Source of the DNA: Sphaerodactylus townsendi
Taxonomy: Eukaryota
Direction of reading: 5' to 3'
DNA length: 64,000 bases
NCBI RefSeq assembly: GCF_021028975.2
Contig: NC_059431.1
Coordinates: forward strand, 46,934,001 to 46,998,000
Below the pieces are notes generated by a model that saw only the letters and a program-made list of their open reading frames with translations, searched no databases and was not told the DNA's origin. Position 1 is the first letter of the stretch. The number at the start of each line of letters is the position of its first letter. Of the stretch, positions 1-12,284 are shown piece by piece. Both the position numbers and the translations under genes were made by a program.

Positions 1-1129
1 GTGTGGTGTCAGTTCTCAGGAACACGAAACTAAAATAGCATGGAAACAAGTGATCAGCAAATGTTCAGCTTCTCTTTATGCAATCTCCAATGCCATGAAT
101 GCAAATACAGATACTAGTCAGTTTCATGAAACAGTGTGCTTACATACCTTAGGGAAAGAGGTGCCCATTAATAGCGAACATTATCTCATGTGATACTATG
201 GCAAAAATATAAAGGGCATTGTTCTATCCCAACAATAAATTTTCTGTGCGAAGTATCACCCAGGAAGAGCTCCAAGGCTAGATAGTTTGTTATATCCTCT
301 TCTGCTGTGCAGACAAATGAGGAACTAGAATCAGTAGAGCTAATAGTGCTAAAAAGGCATATCTAACCACGCTCCAACAGCAGGCAGAATCATCCTAAGC
401 TAATTAAAGGTAATTTCAGTACAGATACTTACTTGTGGAAATTTTGACTTCTGTTGAGGATCATGGAAATGGAATGCTGACATCACAGCATCACCAGAGA
501 AACAGCTACCGGTTGTTCTAAGCATCTTTCAAATCTAGTCAACAGCCTAAGCTCTTAAGTGACCAGTAGATGTGCTTCGTTCTGCTTAACAGAAATAAAT
601 CTTCAGAGTCTGAGGTAATTCAAACTTAGTTAAGCTGTTTGTTGACTCTTGGATCATTATAATCACAATATTTTTAAAATGTGCTAGATGCCTTTTCTAT
701 TTACTTATTAAAATATTTATACCCCACCTTTCCTCTTGGCTCAAGGCTTAAATGTTCTGAAGTGTCTGTTGTCTGAAGCATTTTCCTTAACTTTTATGAG
801 GAAATTGATGTAATTTTCATTTACTAATGTTAGAACTTTTTGTCCTTTATACAACATTACTACTAGCAATAGATAGTTATTTAATCACAGCATACTAGAC
901 ACTAATTTCTATTTATTTATATGTACTTACATAAACCCATTCTACTTCCCAAGCAGGATGCTTTCCAACTGGAGGTGACTTCCAGTAAAAAGTATTAAAA
1001 CCACAAGTAAAACCTTAAAGCCACCTAACTGAAGCTACATATCACAGTAGCGATTCTTAAACATCTTAAAAACCTGCCACAATAAATACAGAGCAATACC
1101 CCAAACAAGCCCCCTTCCCCAGCCAAAAG

Positions 1130-1132
<3 letters not shown>

Positions 1133-1166
<34 letters not shown>
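1133..1166. repeat. (GA)17 microsatellite
   Basis: Directly visible. Confidence 0.98.
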
Positions 1167-1168
<2 letters not shown>

Positions 1169-2447
1169 TTGGCCTAGTGTCTAAGGGTCCGTGATAGAAG
1201 TTTGGAACATAAAAGGCAGATAGCAAATGAGCTTTTGTGAAGAAAATAGCAAGAAGAAAGGGGAATGGGGAGATAACCAAGTAGTAGATGAATATAAGGA
1301 GCAGGTGACTGAAGCTGATCCTGAAAACAAGAAACAACCAGGACATAGATAACAAGCAAGGAAAGGGCTGTCATAATCATAGTAGTAGGAGAGAAAGACA
1401 CTTTAGAAGAAACATTCTTAATTATCATGGTGAATTAACAGTTGCTTCAGTGTTATAACACAGAAACAGATTGCACTGATAAAATGTGATGAAAGGAAGA
1501 AGCCATTCTATTAACCTTTCAGACTCTGTGGTACTACATAATTTTTCTCATTTAAAGTCCTAACATTAAAGTGTGGGTAGGGAAAGAGTAAAAGAAAGAA
1601 AGAGGTGAAGTCTGTATTGAAAATGTCTTCACAGAAACTTTTAGTCAGGATATCTGCCTCAGCAATGGAATATTGGACACTTTTCTGCACTCTCTCTAGC
1701 TTATTTACCTGTCCTTAACTTCCCTAATATATTTTCATATGAGGGAAGATTTCTTTGATACCACATTAATGGAATTTACAGATTTAGGAAAAAATATGAT
1801 AACTCCACCCTAGGTATCATACTTCACAAGTCATATTATTGAATATTCAGCTATGTAAAGAATAAACACTTCACATGTAGAAAATTAGCACATCAAGGCC
1901 AGCTAGACTATAGTCCTTGTTCCAACATGCAAGAAATTAACTTTTTAATGTGTGGTTTTGATCATGTGGATTGGCCCTAAAACCATAATTTTAAGTATGC
2001 CAGATTAAGGTTTGCTCCCCAAAAGTGACCAGCTATGTGGAGGTCCCTAGGTACTGTTTCAGCATGCAATTAGCCACTCCACATGTATTAGTTTGCTATG
2101 GAAGCCATAGGATTTATCACCACATTAAATAAATACCATGCAAAGGAAATGCCAAGGGATCTTCCCACTTTGGCTGTTTGTGTGAAGCAGAACTTAGTCT
2201 CTCTTCCACAAATTCATGCTGTGTAAGTTCTGTTTACATAAATCCTTATTGTCTTGTCTCCATACCTAGTATAAGTGAGCAGAATTCTACATACACAGGA
2301 GTTAGCACTGAACATCAGATTAACCATATGTATCAGATTTTTGATAATCCATTCAGTAAAATTAATGCAGGTGCAACTGATTTTATTAATAGATGTTTAA
2401 TCATGCTTTCTGGCCCTTATTATAGATAAGCCTTACTTCAAACAAAG

Positions 2448-2491
2448 ATGTCAACAGAGAATACTACAGAGGTGGTTAAGTATCTGGACAA
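2448..2491 (+). CDS. FAM81B: FAM81B first coding exon (MSTENTTEVVKYLDK)
   Basis: ATG at 2448 with in-frame TAA upstream (2427-2429); donor AA|GTAAGT at 2492; phase 2 fits the acceptor at 14572. Peptide resembles human FAM81B MSTKNSTDLVEYVDK (recalled). Likely acceptor TATAG ending 2425. Confidence 0.8.
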
Positions 2492-2829
2492 GTAAGTCAG
2501 TTGTTACCTAGCTTCTCTGTTATCAGAAGGCACCATTTGTCTGTTATATAATAGTAGATGGACCTGATTCTGAGCTGAAGGCCCAGCAGGCATCTAGACA
2601 CAAACACTATGTCATTTGTTATGAATTTGGTCTTCATACTGGGAGCAACCCAAAGTAGAACAGCTGTAAAAGAAAGCAAATGACTGTGAAGCATGACTCA
2701 GCAATATTTTAAAACACTAGAACTGTGTCAAAATGTTGTGGTTTTAAATGTTCATGTCACAATCAGCTCTTTCAAGTGTAGAGGTTTTTTCATTTAATCA
2801 CTAGCTAAATTAAAAAGGAATATAGTTTC

Positions 2830-2975
2830 AGAGGGCAGCCATGTCACTCTGGAGTAGAGCAGTTATATTTGAGCCCAATAGCACCTTAGAGATGAAGTGA
2901 GCTTTGACTCTTGAAAGCTGACACTCTGAAACTCTTGTTGGTTTCTAAGGTACGACTGGTCTCAAATCTAACTGT
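2830..2975. mobile_element. Degenerate palindromic repeat, probably Penelope-derived (second family)
   Basis: Inverted arms TAGCACCTTAGAGA / TTTCTAAGGTACGA flank GATGAAGTGAGCTTTGACTCTTGAAAGCT, which resembles a decayed CTGANGA...GAAA core. Confidence 0.4.
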
Positions 2976-3470
2976 TAAACAAGGAAGAATCACTGGTTCA
3001 GTCCATTTTTGCTCCCAGCACTTCCCATCATGTTTTGCATCTCTCTACACGTTTCAATTTTCTGAACATCACAGAGCACCGATATTTCTCATAGAAATAC
3101 TTGTCCATAACATGAACAGTTGTGCTGCCAAGTCCCAAACAGTTGTGTTCCACTAATTATGTCTATTAGGTCTTTAGAGTAAATGTAAGCAAGAAATATA
3201 GAGAAAATAACACAACTATGTTGCCTATCTCTAATTACTTAAAGTAAAAATGGTACTTTTGTTGAGAGGACTTGGTGAAACACTTTTAGGATAATTTGAG
3301 GGTTTACTAGAAATGTATGAAAATTTGACTCTTGATTGTAACCCCACCCTTCAAAAGAATGGGATGCTCTTTCTGCCCCTTTTGCCACTCAGGTCTTAGC
3401 AGAGCGCTCCATTTTCAAATTAGCCACACAGGACATATTAGCCCTTCTTCAAGCTAACAAGGACTTGCAG

Positions 3471-3570
3471 CAGAGGCATATCTAGGGAAAATGGAGGCCA
3501 GGGCAAAATCTGAGTTTTCTACCCCCTTCCCCCCATTCTCTGGGCTCCATTTTTCCTAGATATGCCTCTG
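3471..3570. mobile_element. Short MITE with ~26-bp TIRs (CAGAGGCATATCTAGG...)
   Basis: CAGAGGCATATCTAGGGAAAATGGAG versus CTCCATTTTTCCTAGATATGCCTCTG; same terminus type as 54221..54372; no clear TSD. Confidence 0.7.
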
Positions 3571-3728
3571 CCAGCATGGTCAAGGCAGCCAAAAGGAAAT
3601 TCTATGACACCAGCATCAGTAGTGATGCCACTCACTGAGATTTGAAAGGGCAGGGCAGGTCTACCAAGGACAGATCTGGGCTCCCAGGGCTCTCAGTGGC
3701 TGGGCAGCATGGACCTGCAGGCTTTTTT

Positions 3729-3787
3729 AGGGCCACCACTGGAAAAGACCCTGCAGGGCCACCACTGGAAAAGACCCTGCAGGGCCA
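3729..3787. repeat. 26-bp tandem duplication
   Basis: AGGGCCACCACTGGAAAAGACCCTGC twice, plus AGGGCCA. Confidence 0.9.
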
Positions 3788-4856
3788 GGGGTCAGAACTA
3801 GCAGGAAAGTTCTGATACTCAAAAAGTTTGCAGTCCCAGGGGGCCTTGTTACTGCAGTTAGAACAAATGACAGAAATCTGAATTTTTCAGTAGGCAAGAA
3901 GCAGTCAGGGAAAGTGGGGTAGCAAATGCATGCTGTTAGATGTGAATGGGAGGGGGGTGCTTCTTTAAGGTCTGGCACTGTCTACATGCTGGTTTTACTG
4001 AACTTCTGGTACCTGTTTATTTAACAAAGTATAAAAACTCCTATCAAAATTGCTCACCAGACCATGGACACCCTGGGGACCATCTGGGGAAGCACAAACC
4101 AATATTTAAGATGTTAAAACTGAGACTGAAGCAGCATCTTAAAAGTGAATATATTTATTGTGGCAGAAGGCTGACAAAAATGGGTTCAGTTCAAACAAGC
4201 TTTTCAGCCATAAATCTGTCCACCTTTAAGGGACTATAGGTTCTTTTAAGTTTTCATTGCAACATAATAAGATTACCCTGCTTAGGAGTTACAACTTTGC
4301 TCAGAATTGCACTGTAACAGAGCTATTATTTTGGAATTTAATCAGTTAGTTATGCCCTTTAACAGAGGTGTAGCTATAAGGGGACGGGAGATCCATCGTT
4401 CTTCCTCGCTCTGCCCCTGCTGAAGCCTGTGCTACATCTAGCACCACTATTAAAACAACTCCATTCCTTCTGTTTTTGTCATTCCCAAAACAAAACACTT
4501 TGTAATTTTTTTACTGAAAAATGTCCAAATTCAGTACACTTTAGTTCATTCAATTCCAGTATTAAAATATTTTAATACTCCATTTTTCATTTTTACAATT
4601 TCTAGCTTACCTTGATTCATTCTTCTTTTGTTCCATGTTCCTATTAAATGTGCACATCATTTAGATTAACGCTACTTGTATTTGTCTTCTGCTCTTTCTA
4701 AGTAGCTGGCTGAGTACTATCCCACCTAGGGGTAGCATCTTTCCAACATTATATCTTTTTCATTTTGAATAGTCTCATCGTAGGATTTTTGAGGTAAGGA
4801 TTCAGAAGTGGTTTGCCATTGCTTTCATCTGCACAGTACTAGTCCAGGTTACCTAG

Positions 4857-4990
4857 NNNNNNNNNNNNNNNNNNNNNNNNNNNNNNNNNNNNNNNNNNNN
4901 NNNNNNNNNNNNNNNNNNNNNNNNNNNNNNNNNNNNNNNNNNNNNNNNNNNNNNNNNNNNNNNNNNNNNNNNNNNNNNNNNNNNNNNNNN
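4857..4990. other. Assembly gap (N run)
   Basis: Run of N. Confidence 1.
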
Positions 4991-5258
4991 CCCCTTTCTC
5001 TCCTGCAGGAGACTCAAAGGGGCTTACAATCTCCTTGCCCTTCTTCCCTCACAACAAACACCCTGTGATGTAGGTGTGGCTGAGAGAGCTCCGAGAAGCT
5101 GTGACTAGCCCAAGGTCACCTGGCTGGCGTGTGTGGGAGTGTACAGGCTAATCTGAATTCCCCAGATAAGCCTCCACAGCAGGCGGTAGAGCTGGGAATC
5201 AAACCCGGTTCCTCCAGATTATACATGAACTCTTAACCTCCTACGCCACTGCTGCTCC
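4991..5258 (-). mobile_element. tRNA-derived squamate SINE (Squam3/Ther1-like)
   Basis: Minus strand reads GGAGCAGCAGTGGCGTAGGAGGTTAAGAG (A box)...GGTTTGATTCCC (B box), with a core GGTGACCTTGGGCTAGTCAC; homologous to 18137..18437. Confidence 0.8.
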
Positions 5259-5325
5259 TTGTCTGTGAAAGATCCTCCACCAGAGTCACCTTCAACTTCT
5301 GTTGCCTAATAGCTAGTCTTTAAGG

Positions 5326-5987
5326 CAGGGATGCCTCATTCGTTACAAGGGTCAGATATAATATAAATATCACTTGGTTGGGCCAGGCTATTTGTAGCAT
5401 AAAATTTAATGCCAGGTACCAAAGATACAAACTTTATAGAAGACACAGGCCAACTAATGATATTAATTTTTACTTAAAATGCAAACGTACTTAAAACAAT
5501 AACACTCTTCCAGTATTTTATTTTATTTAACACTCTGATAATTGACACCTGTTGCTTTGAACTACTGCATCAAAATCTGGAGTCAAAGTCTGTGTTATAG
5601 CAGTTTTTAGTATGCTGTTCAGATGTGTGTCTGTAAGCCGAGAACGTAATTTTGATCTGTTAACATTCATTACAGGAGCTATTCACACACGTATGTTGTC
5701 CCGAAGAAGTTTATGCCTGCCCATAATTTCTATTATGCAAACATCAGCTTAGAAAATGATATCTTGTCTTCCTTTGAATGACTGTTCCGAGAGTCTGCTA
5801 ATTATGTCATTACAAGATCAAAAATAAAAAAATATGTTCTCAGCTTATAATTAATTGTCTATGTCTGTATCTTCTATAAAGTTTGTATCTCCACTTCCTG
5901 GCTTAAAATTTTATAATACAAATGCCCCAGCCCAACCAAGTGACATTTATGTCATATGTAGTCTAACAAATGAGTTTGACACCCCTG
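5326..5987 (-). mobile_element. Non-autonomous hAT (Charlie-like) DNA transposon with transposase C-terminal remnant
   Basis: Right TIR GAGTTTGACACCCCTG; degenerate left TIR CAGGGATG; 8-bp flanks CTTTAAGG/CTCTATGG. Minus strand ~5710-5535 encodes FGTTYVCE*..MNVNRSKLRSRLTDTHLNSILKTAITQTLTPDFDAVVQSNRCQLS (hAT dimerisation domain). Confidence 0.8.
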
Positions 5988-6016
5988 CTCTATGGCATTA
6001 AACCTGGCAGAGGTTC

Positions 6017-6321
6017 TGTAAGGAATTCCAAAGAGCAGAAATAAAAAGGCTTTTGATTATAAGTCCGTTTATTCAGACATCCTGGAAAGCACACACACAC
6101 GACATGGCAGGAATGAGCATCCCCGCTCAAACAACAGGTTATAATGCTGACTAACCCATCCCCCCTGCCCCATTCTCATGAGAACGGAATTCTACTATGC
6201 AACAGCGAGATAAGCATTCTCACAAGGTTGGTGCAGGTCCTGGCCGGACGCCCGGCCAAAAGAATCTCCGTCAAGGTCAGGTTAGGCTGTAAGGGAAACA
6301 AGAACGACTGAGATCCTTACA
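6017..6321 (-). repeat. 3' LTR of the Gypsy element (305 bp)
   Basis: Terminal inverted repeats TGTAAGGA...TCCTTACA; AATAAA on the minus strand at 6068-6073. Confidence 0.88.
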
Positions 6322-7055
6322 CTCTGCCTCCCCTAAAAGAAATCTCCCCTTTTCCCCCGGTTTGTCCGGAAAAGCTTGGTGAAATGCAGCAATTAAAGAG
6401 GGGGCATCGATATTCTCCTTATACACCCATTGATTATGGCCAGAAGAATAGCCAACCCATGACACCAGATATTGTAGACGTTTGCGAAAGAAGCGAGAGT
6501 CCAGGATAGCGTCTATCTCATAATGCTTATGTCCATCAATTATAACTGGCGGGGGTGTCTCCGGAGGGTCGTGCCAGGCATCTGAAGCGGGAGCCTCCTT
6601 GAGTAAGCGGATCAGCAGAAGGATTAAGATCCACGGGTGCCGCTGAAAGACTAAGCGCAGTTTCTTCCTCTTCGACATCCTCATCAAAAGTAGCTTTGGA
6701 CGATCCTTGAGTTGGCAGGCTGGATTTGCGTGGAGGCTTGGCAGACGGAGTGCGGGCCCCCGGGAGGGGAGGCTTCTGCTTCTTCGGGCAGTTGGCAGCC
6801 AGGTGGCCAGGACCTCCGCAATAGAGGCACAATCCCAAACGGCGACAGCGTTCCGACGTGGTCTCGGCCGCTACGGCTGGGCTTGGTTTTCTAGCGGCCG
6901 GCGCCGGCATGTTGGCTGGTTTCGGGCGTGGGCGGCCTCCAGCACGGGCATAGGCAAGACGGGCAGCAACCTGCGAGCCGAGCTCGATCCAATCCGCAAG
7001 CGTTTGCGGGATCCGAATAAGGATCACTGTTTCACGAACGACTGAGATCCTTACA
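6017..7055 (-). mobile_element. Internally deleted Gypsy/chromovirus (sushi-like) LTR retrotransposon
   Basis: 5-bp TSD GGTTC (6012-6016, 7056-7060); 3' LTR 6017..6321; purine-rich PPT-like TAGGGGAGGCAGAG next to the LTR; Gag CCHC knuckle CLYCGGPGHLAANC; chromodomain YEIDAILDSRFFRKRLQYLVSWVGYSSGHNQW; 5' LTR reduced to 20 bp (7036..7055). Confidence 0.92.
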
Positions 7056-10000
7056 GGTTCTTCCCTTACAGGTTCTTCCCACGAACGACTGAGATCCTTA
7101 CAGGTTCTTCCCATCCCCATCCCCAAGCCCAACCCTTCCAAGGCTCCACCCACAAAATTTACAAACCCATTTCTGATAACCCCATTAATGTTTGAGGCTT
7201 ATTTTGGTCATCTGAGAAATCAAGCAGAAATAAGAAATGCAGCATGTGGCAAGATGGCCTCACAAGTACCTGTTTCTGTACCTTGCGAATGAAGAGATTA
7301 CTCAGTCAACCCATGTTCTCCAGTCTTTGGATCCACAACAAGTATCTTCTTCTCCCACACCCCAGTTCTCTCTTCATCAAAGCAGTTTTAAGAGGTTTAT
7401 CTAGCCCAAGTGTTTGAGCTGGCGTTCCTCTCTCTTTTGGTCTTTGAAGCACTGTAGCACCACTTTTGGTTTTCTCTCCTTTTCTACTCCTGGTAAACAT
7501 GGATCAAATGGAGTTTATAATTCTCAGAGATCAGTCTGAAAGCACATTTTAATAAATGTTAAATTAATTTAAAGAATTTAAATTTAAAATTTAAAGAATT
7601 TTAATAAGAAAATTAAAAGCACAAACTGCATATTTATTTATTTACTTACTTAAATTTGAGATCTTGCTTTTTGTCATTTAAAGCAGCATAGGCAACACAA
7701 CAACTGGACAAAAAATAAATAAAAGTAGTTCAAACACATTCTCCAGCCCTTGGGTCTCATAACTTCTCTCTCTGACATTAATAAAACATCTCTAAGTTGC
7801 ATTTATTGCTCTGGTTTCAGTATTTGGAAATCATCCTTGCCTCCTCAGGACCATGGGCTCATGGCTACTTACTTGAGCTAAGACAGACTCCTCCCTTGTG
7901 CTAAAGATGTGTAAAATGGCCTCCCTCTTTAACAAGCTGTAATGTTTCATTCTCTGTCTTTGTTCACCCTATGCCACTGCTTTCTGCCTTCTCATTCTAC
8001 CTGCCAAGAGGTTTATTTGTATTTGGGCTCCCAGGCATTTCTGTGACACTAGAGAAGCGAGTCGTACCTACCGGTACTTGTTTCTTTTTATTACCTCTGA
8101 CTCTGAAAAGTACAAACTTTGAGGCTGCAAACTTCAACCCTAATTTTGCAATGGGGCTGCAAACTTGGAACTAATCCTAAGGGACAGAAGATATTTCACC
8201 TTAAAAAATGAATTTTTATGCCATTAAATCACAGTTGACTTATAGTGACCAACGCAGGGATTTCAAGGCAAGATACATTCCAAGTTGGTTTGCCATTGCT
8301 GTGACTGCATTCCCTGGAATTCCTTGGCAGTCTCCATGTGAATATTGTAGAATAGGTCCTGCTTAGCTTCCTGTGGTGTATGTGGATTCATGCAACTACT
8401 CACTCTGACAGATGCTCTTTCAGCTCTGCTAAGGAAATGAATTGGGAGAGGGGAAGCAATAAAAGTATGGTACATTTTGGAAACAATGTAATGCTTGGCC
8501 AGCCAGGCTGCACTGAGGTCACTATACTTATGATATAGAGACAGTTTTGATCCAAGAAAGATGTCTTGTTTTTGTCAGATGTAGAAGGATACCTGTTTGC
8601 ACTTATTCACTATCATGCTAGTTGGAAAGTAAGAAACATACATCAGTATCAATTCTCTTGAAATCATGTCAGTCAGAACCCATGAATTGTTTAGAATAAA
8701 GCAACCTATGTTGGCTATAAAACTCAAGGGACTCAATTCCAAATTCAATCAATTTTCATAGTTCTGTTGGCTGGTATAATGGATGATTTCAAGTTCCACT
8801 CTCCACGAGCCTAAGGTTGCCAGGTTCCCCCTGGCAACTGGCAGGGGGTGAGGAACTTACTAACAACAAACTTTGGCCTAGTTCTCTGTCATCAGCAACT
8901 CAGTAATGTCATTTCCAGTGTTCAATGGAAATTATGCCATCACATCCCGGATGACTACAATAACACTCTGATATTTGGGCAAAACTGTGTGGTAAAAATA
9001 TATTGTCTAAATACCAATAGGTCCCCATGATCATTGGTGACATGATGATGGCATGCTGGAAGTGCTGTTGCCACATTGCTGCCAACAGAGATCTAAGCTT
9101 ATGTATACTTCCAATAAGCTCCCCTGTTGGATGGCTGAACAGTTCTCTGGGGAAGGGCTGCAAAGCAAGGGATTCCCCCACTCCCAGCAAGGTCTACGTG
9201 GACCTCAGCCAATCACTTTCAAATGGGGATTGGAATGTTGAAAGGGGAAAAGAGGTGAAATATGGTGGTTTAGCTGCTGTCTGATTAGAAAGTCTGCTTT
9301 GTTAAGCAGGGAGTCTATTAGAGACCTGGTATTTCAATCATTCATTCATTCAGTTTCTAGACTGCTCTTCCCTATTGTGATAGGTTCAGGTAAGATTTGG
9401 CCAGGTGTTATTCCTGTCAAAAACAGTTAAAAGTAAAAAGCTTTTCTATCCCATGTTATAAGTCTCAATCAAACAAACAAGAAACCTGTTTTTTAACTGT
9501 TTTCTCTGGTGGCCTCAACTCTCCAGTAACTTTTCTATGGTAATGCTACAGGGGCTGGAGAAAAGGAAAACAAAAAAATAACCAAGCCATGCATGCCACT
9601 GAAATAATCCTGTTCTTAATTGTTTTCATCAAGTTTACTGTGAGGTTCCTTCAAGTCTATTATCCTTGCACACAAGCCAAGGGAATGCTGGATGGTACCA
9701 TGAGTCCATGTATTGCCCTCATTGAGAGCTAGAAGACAAAGTGATCCCAAAAGTCTCAGTTATAAAAATAAAAGTATAAGGAAAAAGTGTGTAAGCTGTG
9801 AAATTTAAGACCCTAGTTTCTAGGTCTGGAGGTGGGGGTGTAATCACAGCTATCTGTAACACATATGGATGCATTAGCATCATAAAAAAGTTAGTCTCAT
9901 GGCAAACCTGGTTCTAAGAAAAATGATGATTGGAAAGGCTCCTATTATTTCTCCCTGCAGGCATTCTGATCTTGGTGTTAAGAATAAAGCCCCTGAAAAA

Positions 10001-11893
10001 TTAATGGAGTTTGGAACTGTTAATGTCAGCTTGGAATCATGCAGATAGATGAACAGACATGTCTGAATAGATGATGCATTTTATGCGTTCTATCAGCTTT
10101 AATAATTTCAGTTGAAAATCCAGACACACATTGTACAAATGTTTTAATGATGTTCTGTTGTTAAACTGTCAGGCCAGGATGAACTGTTTTTCTTTAGGGA
10201 CATCACAGCATTTAGCACTACATGCTTACATGACTTTTCTGAGACTTCTTTTATCTGTTTTATATACCTTTAGAATAGGCAGTTTAAGACACCTCAAGTA
10301 TCCTTCTAGATGAAGTGACTGTCATAATTTGTATTTGTTCAAATTCAATATATAAGAAAAATAAGGACAGCTTTGCTTCTAAATTCAAAATTTACTCATT
10401 GGAAAACAGAACAGAAATGTTTGCTCCTAGCCATAAAGTACCAGATTGCTAAATTAGCAAGCACTCTTTGTGAAACTAGGGTATATCAACCATATCTTCT
10501 AATAATCAAGCTTCAATAATTTAGCAATTTGTTAAGCAGCTCTGAAGTCTAATTTTCATGGTCATTGTGTAAGTTCATGCTGCCTGATCTCCAAATTTGA
10601 ACAGTTTATTTTAATTTGCTTTCCTTTTTAATCTGTTCATGTTCAATCCTCTTCTGCTTCACAAAAAGCAAAAATAATTTGCTGATCCCATAATGAATAT
10701 TGTTGCTGAAGCACTCTTGCCTCTTTACAGATTTTTAATAGTAAATGTATTAAACCACTAACAATAAATCATTTGGTGATGCTCAAGTGCCACAGAAATG
10801 GATGTGCCAAATAATAGCCCCAGTTAGGGGGATATGTGTTGTAATTTATACTTCCTTTGTAACATAAGCAATAAGAAGCTCTTGTTTGTAATACAGCAAC
10901 AATTCAAGAAATATCTAGAAGAAACTTACGAAGAAAGTCTCCCTCTACCATTCAGCATCAAGAAATAGGCTAAATCTGCTCCAGTATTTAGCATGTCCCA
11001 AATGCAGTCAAATTGAAGAGGGCTGGGCACTGGTGGATTAACTGGTAAACTCCAGGACCAGTTTTCTCTTCCTTATTCCCATCTGCTCTTCATTCCTCCC
11101 TTTAACTTTTGTCAACATGACAGAAATCTTTTTTATCCTGTGGATCCCCTGATTTTTTATTATCCTTTCAATGCACATTACAGTGTATGTAAAATAGTTG
11201 GAATCTGATTTTGATTATATCCCTGCAGTTCTTTCCTTGCCCTTTGGTTTCCAAAAAGCAAACCCTAGGGACATTTTCTCAATGTATTGCTTGTCCGGTG
11301 AAAAAGATTTCCACCTCTATGGAATATGCACTTTTAGTTCTAAAAAATTCTAGCCTACCTTTCTTCAGAATAATTATCAAGGCAAATTGCAATATTATTT
11401 AAAGCACTCCTGCCAATTTAATATAAAATAAATTAAAACTCCATCATAATACTCTCCAGAGACTCTACTGTTGACCAACACCAGCGATCAAATGGCTATC
11501 AAACCTCATAAGAAGTTAACCTTCTACTGAAAAGGCTTGTGTAAAAATTTCTCCTTCTGAAACAACAACAAATAGGGGCTTTTCTGACATACTTAGGAAA
11601 GCTGTTCTACAAGATGGGTGCTATTATTTGAAGCTCTCCAGCATGAGCCAAGGTTGGTCTAACCTGCCTGATGGTCCTGCAAGTAGATTTGGCTCCCAGG
11701 AATATAGTTGCTACACAGGAGAACATTCTACCCTAGTCCTAGAAAACACAAACACTCACATACAAATAATGAAACTGCATTGCTTAAAACTCTCTGTTAG
11801 CAGTATGTTGCCAATATGCACAAAATTAACACAACAAAACTGAAGCTCCACTGTTTTCTCATCTCAAAAGCTGAAGTTTGCCTGCAGTTATTC

Positions 11894-12284
11894 CAGAGGT
11901 GAGATCCAGCAGGTTCTCACAGGTTCCCGAGAGTAGGTTACTAATTATTTGTGTGTGTCGAGCGGGGGTTACTAATTGGTGATTTTGCCACGTGATTTTT
12001 GCCTTAGTTACGCCCCTCCTCTCAGCAGTAGCACGCAGAACTTGAAGCAGTCTAGCAGGAGGTGCACCGGCGTGCGTGGCAGCCTGCGCCTGCGTGCATT
12101 CGTTTCCCGCCCAAGGACCGGCGCAGCGGCTGCGTCCTTGCCACAGCCCCGCCCAGGAATGCCCCGCCCCTGGAATGCCCGGCCATGCCCCGTTGTGCCC
12201 CGCCCACCCCCATTGGCGCTACGCCACAGTTTGAATCCCACCACCATGGGAACCTGTTACTAAAATTTTTGGATCCCACCACTG
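11894..12284. mobile_element. hAT MITE
   Basis: TIRs CAGAGGTGAGATCC / GGATCCCACCACTG; perfect 8-bp TSD AGTTATTC; GC/CpG-rich interior. Confidence 0.88.

Noticed and set aside
6600-6700. Programmed -1 frameshift joining Gag to the chromodomain (PEG10-like)
   Set aside because: The chromodomain frame is +1 relative to Gag and no GGGAAAC-type slippery heptamer is present; the junction is better explained by deletion.
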